Positions 7,547 to 11,599 of a stretch of 11,599 nt of DNA are shown here, one piece after another. Position numbers and translations under genes: made by a program. The DNA is from Candidatus Eiseniibacteriota bacterium (GTDB taxonomy: Bacteria > Eisenbacteria > RBG-16-71-46 > JABDJR01 > JAWXBZ01), in the NCBI GenBank assembly GCA_034440375.1, contig JAWXBZ010000260.1, positions 1 to 11,599 on the forward strand, read 5' to 3'. The notes below the pieces were generated by a model. That model was not told where the DNA came from, did not search any database, and saw nothing but the letters and a program-made list of their open reading frames with translations. The stretch's first letter is position 1; every line of letters starts with the position of its first letter.

Positions 7547-8534
7547 TCGCCCGGCCACCTGCCTCATCAGGGGTACCGGCTCGTACATGCCGCCACGGAT
7601 ACTCACGAATCACGATCTCGAACGCCTCGTGGAGACCAGCGACGAGTGGATCACCACCCGGACCGGTATCCGCGAACGCCGCATTGCCGACCCGGACGTC
7701 GCGTCCTCGGACCTGGCCTACGAGGCCGCGATCCTCGCCCTTGCGGCGGCCGATATGGAGCCGACGGACATTGACGTCATCATCGTCGCCACCGTGACGC
7801 CGGACCATGTCTTCCCTTCCTGCGGTTGCACGCTTCAAGCGCGGCTGGGTGCGCGCCAGGCGGCAGCCTTCGATGTCACGGCCGCCTGCTCGGGCTTCCT
7901 GTATGCCCTTCAGGTCGGGCGCTCGATGATCCTGGCCGGAACGGCCCAGCGAGTCCTGATCGTCGGGGTGGAGGTGTTGTCCCGGATCATCGACTGGTCC
8001 GATCGCTCCACCTGTGTGCTCTTCGGTGATGGCGCCGGCGCCGTGGTCCTGACCCCCTCCAATGAAGCGGGTCGAGGAGTTCTGTCGGTCAAGATCGGAT
8101 CGGACGGCGAGCAGGGGGAGGTCCTTTATCTACCGGCCGGCGGGTCTCGTCACCCGGCCACCCACGAGACGGTCGAGCAGCATCTTCACTTCGTCCACAT
8201 GAGCGGCAACGATCTTTTCAAGACCGCCGTGAGAGGCATGGAACTCGTGGCCCGGCAGGCTCTCGATGAAGTCGGCATGAGCGTCGGCGAGATCGACCTG
8301 CTCGTACCGCATCAGGCCAATCTCCGCATCATCGATGCCACGGCCCGGCGGCTCGAGGTGCCGATGGAAAAGGTCGTCGTAAATATCGATCGCTACGGCA
8401 ATACGTCGGCCGCTTCCATCCCCATCGCCCTCGACGAAGCCGTGCGCGGAGGGCGCATCCATCCTGGTTCTACCATCGTCATGGTGGCGTTTGGCGGCGG
8501 ACTGACCTGGGGCGCGGCGGTGGTCAAATGGTGA
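7539..8534 (+). CDS. fabH: Beta-ketoacyl-ACP synthase III
   Basis: TSDEWITTRTGIRERR, catalytic AACSGF, PHQAN, YGNTS, FGGGLTWG. Start placed at TTG 7539 downstream of AGGAGAGGG (7521-7529), an 8-nt overlap with plsX. Confidence 0.96.
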   Translation: MADRPATCLIRGTGSYMPPRILTNHDLERLVETSDEWITTRTGIRERRIADPDVASSDLAYEAAILALAAADMEPTDIDVIIVATVTPDHVFPSCGCTLQARLGARQAAAFDVTAACSGFLYALQVGRSMILAGTAQRVLIVGVEVLSRIIDWSDRSTCVLFGDGAGAVVLTPSNEAGRGVLSVKIGSDGEQGEVLYLPAGGSRHPATHETVEQHLHFVHMSGNDLFKTAVRGMELVARQALDEVGMSVGEIDLLVPHQANLRIIDATARRLEVPMEKVVVNIDRYGNTSAASIPIALDEAVRGGRIHPGSTIVMVAFGGGLTWGAAVVKW

Positions 8535-9475
8535 ACATGGACGCCATTGCGCTTTTCCCAGGCCAGGGATCGCAGGCTGTCGGGATGGGCGCGGCCCTTG
8601 CCGCGGCGTTTCCGGAGGCCCGTGCCGTTTTCGAGCAGGCGGACGAGGTTCTCGGCTTCGGGCTTTCGACACTGGCCTTCGAGGGCCCGGACGACGAATT
8701 GAAGCTCACCCGGAACACGCAGCCGGCCATCCTGATGCACAGCATGGCTGTCCTGACCGTGCTCAAGGCGCGTGGCTACTCGCCGTCGGCCGCCGCCGGC
8801 CACTCGTTGGGCGAGTATTCGGCCTATGTGGCCGCAGGCTCGCTCACCTTCGAGGATGCCCTGCGCCTGGTTCGGCGGCGGGGCGAACTCATGTTCGAGG
8901 CCGGTGTCGCGCGTCCCGGCGCCATGGCGGCGATCCTCGGGCTCGAGGACCCTGCGGTTGCGGAGATCTGTCGCGATGCTGCCACCGTCGGGATTGTCGT
9001 GCCGGCCAATCGCAACTCGCCCGGTCAGGTGGTCCTCTCCGGCGAGGTTGCCGGCGTGGAACGGGCGATGGAACTGGCAAGCGCCCGGGGGGCCCGGGTG
9101 ACCGTTCGCCTGCCTGTCAGTGGTGCTTTCCACTCGCCCCTCATGGAATCGGCCGCCGAGGGGCTGTCCGAAGCCCTGAGGCGGGTCGACATACGCGATG
9201 CGGTCATTCCGGTCGTGGCCAACCAGTCGTCCCGACCGGTCACGACCAGTGACGAGATTCGGCTCTCGCTCGAGCGTCAGCTGCTCGGGGCGGTTCGATG
9301 GGAGGAATCGATGCGCTGGCTTCTTGCGAATGTCGGAACCCGCATGGTGGAAGTCGGACCCGGCCGGGTCCTGAAGGGGCTGATGAGGTCGATCGACCGG
9401 ACGGCGGTCGTGGCCAGTGTCGAAGATCCTGAGGGAGTCCAGGCGTTCCTGGCCCCGGAAGGGAAGGCAGGATGA
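8528..9475 (+). CDS. fabD: Malonyl-CoA:ACP transacylase
   Basis: FPGQGSQ, TQPAI, GHSLGEY, NSPGQVV, VSGAFHS, EVGPG. Start could be ATG 8528, GTG 8531 or ATG 8537. Confidence 0.96.
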   Translation: MVNMDAIALFPGQGSQAVGMGAALAAAFPEARAVFEQADEVLGFGLSTLAFEGPDDELKLTRNTQPAILMHSMAVLTVLKARGYSPSAAAGHSLGEYSAYVAAGSLTFEDALRLVRRRGELMFEAGVARPGAMAAILGLEDPAVAEICRDAATVGIVVPANRNSPGQVVLSGEVAGVERAMELASARGARVTVRLPVSGAFHSPLMESAAEGLSEALRRVDIRDAVIPVVANQSSRPVTTSDEIRLSLERQLLGAVRWEESMRWLLANVGTRMVEVGPGRVLKGLMRSIDRTAVVASVEDPEGVQAFLAPEGKAG

Positions 9476-10230
9476 CCAATTCCGCGCTGCCGCTCGGCGG
9501 ACGCACCGCCCTGGTCACCGGGGGATCCCGAAGCATTGGTGAGGCCATCGCCCTGGAACTTGCCCGAAGGGGCGCCAATGTGGTGGTTACCGACTCTGGA
9601 GGGGGGGGGGCCGAGCGGGTGGCGGCCGCCGTTACAGCCCTAGGACGCCGCTCGCTGGCTCTTTCATTCGACGTGGCGGATCCGGCCCGGGTTGATGAGG
9701 CCATGAAAGCAGCCGAGGAGCGATTGGACGCCATCGACATTCTGGTCAATAATGCCGGGATTACGCGGGATCAGCTCCTCATCCGGATGAAGGACGAGGA
9801 CTGGGACCGGGTTCTGGCGGTCAACCTCAAAGGGGCCTTCAATTGCACCCGGGCCGCTGTCCGGGGCATGATGAAGCGCCGCTGGGGGCGGGTCATCAAC
9901 ATCACGTCCGTGGTTGGCATCATCGGCAATCCAGGACAGGCCAATTACGCAGCGGCAAAGGCCGGCCTGATCGGCCTGACTCGTTCCGTGGCCAGGGAGC
10001 TTGCCGGTCGCAATGTGCTGGTCAATGCCGTGGCGCCCGGTTTTATCGACACATCCATGACCGAGGTCCTGACGGATCAGGTCCGACAGGCGATGAAAGC
10101 TTCCATCCCGCTTGGCCGGTTCGGCCGTGCGGAAGAGGTGGCCCGGGTCGTGGCGTTCCTCGCATCGGAGGACGCCGACTACGTCACCGGGCAGGTGTTT
10201 AATGTCGACGGCGGCATGGTCACGGCCTGA
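9472..10230 (+). CDS. fabG: 3-oxoacyl-ACP reductase
   Basis: [28 protein letters not shown] (YxxxK), [17 protein letters not shown] overlap with fabD; fab operon position. Confidence 0.95.
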   Translation: MTNSALPLGGRTALVTGGSRSIGEAIALELARRGANVVVTDSGGGGAERVAAAVTALGRRSLALSFDVADPARVDEAMKAAEERLDAIDILVNNAGITRDQLLIRMKDEDWDRVLAVNLKGAFNCTRAAVRGMMKRRWGRVINITSVVGIIGNPGQANYAAAKAGLIGLTRSVARELAGRNVLVNAVAPGFIDTSMTEVLTDQVRQAMKASIPLGRFGRAEEVARVVAFLASEDADYVTGQVFNVDGGMVTA

Positions 10231-10259
10231 TCGCCACCGGCAGCAAAGCCGGGTGGTGG
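10231..10259 (+). other. Intergenic stem-loop between fabG and acpP
   Basis: TCGCCACC-GGC/AGCAAA/GCC-G-GGTGGTGG: about 11 bp with a 1-nt bulge, no U tract. Confidence 0.5.
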
Positions 10260-10306
10260 GGCCAGCCCTGCCAGGATTGTTTCACACGTACCAGGAGGTT
10301 TCGGGA

Positions 10307-10543
10307 ATGGCGTTCAGTGATGAAAAGGTTCGGGAGATCATCGTCGAGCAGCTCGGCGTCGCGGCGGATCAGGTCAAGCCGGAAGCGCGCTTCATTGATG
10401 ATCTGGGCGCGGATTCGCTTGACACGGTTGAGCTGATCATGGCGCTCGAGGAAGAGTTTGGCGTGGAAATTCCCGATGAGGACGCCGAGAAGATGGTCAC
10501 CGTCGGAGACGCCCTCAACTATCTCAAGGAGCACGCGAGCTGA
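10307..10543 (+). CDS. acpP: Acyl carrier protein
   Basis: [17 protein letters not shown]...[12 protein letters not shown] (phosphopantetheine Ser)...[17 protein letters not shown] 10307 follows AGGAGG (10293-10298). Confidence 0.97.
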   Translation: MAFSDEKVREIIVEQLGVAADQVKPEARFIDDLGADSLDTVELIMALEEEFGVEIPDEDAEKMVTVGDALNYLKEHAS

Positions 10544-11599
10544 GCGGGCAGGCAGGGATTTCCCGTCGAATCGCCGTGACCGGTCTCGGCGTCGTCTCCC
10601 CGGTGGGGAACGACGTCGAGTCGTTCTGGGCATCGCTGATCGCCGGTCGAAGCGGTATCACACGGGTCACCCGTTTCGACGCGAGTGATTTCCGCACGAG
10701 GATTGCCGCCGAGGTCAAGGATTTCGATGCCCTGGTCTACATGGACAAGAAGGAGATTCGTCGCACGGATCTTTATGTCCAATACGCCATCGCGGCCTCG
10801 TCACAGGCTCTCAGTGACTCCGGCCTCGATCTCGCTGCCGAGGATGCCACGCGCATCGGTGTGATCATCGGCACCGGGATCGGCGGGATCGCCACCTTCG
10901 AAGAGCAGACCGAATTGATGCTCGCCAAGGGGCCGTCCCGCGTCAGTCCGTTCTTCATCCCGATGATGATCGCCAACATGGCTTCCGGCCAGGTGTCGAT
11001 CCAGTTTGGGCTGAAGGGCCCCAATACCACCACCGTGTCAGCCTGCGCCTCGGGCGCCCATGCCATCGGCGAGGCCTTTCAGGCCATCAAGAGCGACCAG
11101 GCGGACATCATGGTGACCGGAGGGAGCGAAGCCACCATCACCAAGATGGCCATGGCCGGATTCTGCGCACTGAAGGCGATGTCGACGCGTAATGATGAAC
11201 CGACACGCGCATCCCGCCCGTTCGAGCGGGATCGGGACGGCTTTGTCATGGGCGAGGGAGCCGGCATCCTCGTGCTCGAGGAGTACGAACACGCCAGAGC
11301 TCGCGGCGCCACAATTCTGGCCGAAATGGTCGGTTACGGGTCGACGGGTGATGCGTACCACATCACCGCGCCGCCGCCCGAGGGGGAAGGGGCGGCCAGG
11401 GCCATGGCCATGGCCCTGAAGGAGGCTGGGCTGAAACCCGCCGACGTCGACTACATCAATGCCCATGGTACCTCCACCGATCTGAACGACAAGTATGAAA
11501 CCGCCGCGGTGAAGACCGTGTTCGGCGAGGACGCGCGGCGTCTTGCCATTTCCTCCACCAAGTCGATGACCGGGCACCTGCTCGGCGCCGCCGGCGGCG
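10540..11599 (+). CDS. fabF: Beta-ketoacyl-ACP synthase II, 3'-truncated by the window edge
   Basis: Hand translation of the frame containing 10558: [18 protein letters not shown]...GTGIGG...[16 protein letters not shown]...VSACASG (Cys)...[18 protein letters not shown]...YINAHGTST (His)...[15 protein letters not shown] (His). Start inferred at CTG 10540. Confidence 0.96.
   Translation, partial: MSGQAGISRRIAVTGLGVVSPVGNDVESFWASLIAGRSGITRVTRFDASDFRTRIAAEVKDFDALVYMDKKEIRRTDLYVQYAIAASSQALSDSGLDLAAEDATRIGVIIGTGIGGIATFEEQTELMLAKGPSRVSPFFIPMMIANMASGQVSIQFGLKGPNTTTVSACASGAHAIGEAFQAIKSDQADIMVTGGSEATITKMAMAGFCALKAMSTRNDEPTRASRPFERDRDGFVMGEGAGILVLEEYEHARARGATILAEMVGYGSTGDAYHITAPPPEGEGAARAMAMALKEAGLKPADVDYINAHGTSTDLNDKYETAAVKTVFGEDARRLAISSTKSMTGHLLGAAGG

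Noticed and set aside
6446..10306. ORF-track starts for plsX (6446), fabH (7476) and acpP (10112)
   Set aside because: These extensions run deep into upstream genes and lack family similarity; better starts are 6500, 7539 and 10307.
7539..11599. Type II PKS or other secondary-metabolite cluster
   Set aside because: Order, rpmF/plsX linkage and intact FabH and FabF catalytic residues match primary fatty-acid synthesis; no chain-length factor or tailoring genes are visible.
1..11599. CRISPR arrays, tRNA/rRNA, IS elements, prophage or defence genes
   Set aside because: No spaced direct repeats, cloverleaf patterns, or transposase/integrase motifs seen; all intergenic gaps are under 150 nt.

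Overview
GC-rich bacterial chromosomal window of mostly housekeeping genes, all on the + strand. Order: split heptose genes hldA/rfaE1 and hldC/rfaE2; a sigma70-type promoter and structured ~115-nt leader; a COG2403 P-loop protein whose motifs fit the arginine synthetase (ArcE) branch better than true cyclic 2,3-diphosphoglycerate synthetase; then sucC-sucD-ndk-yceD(DUF177)-rpmF-plsX-fabH-fabD-fabG-acpP-fabF. fabF runs off the right edge and is missing from the ORF track. No mobile elements, CRISPR arrays, tRNA or rRNA genes were seen. The most interesting signals are: (1) an unannotated 34-codon uORF with two Arg-Arg pairs, a GC hairpin plus T9 tract, and a stop directly abutting the arcE-like ATG, suggesting a possible arginine-responsive leader; (2) the arcE-like gene sits with sucCD-ndk, with no argF/arcC in the window; (3) fabF has no usable canonical start and probably begins at a CTG overlapping the acpP stop; (4) hldA looks leaderless, in a compact divergent promoter region with an SD-sequestering hairpin. 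All family calls come from motif recognition by eye; no searches were run.
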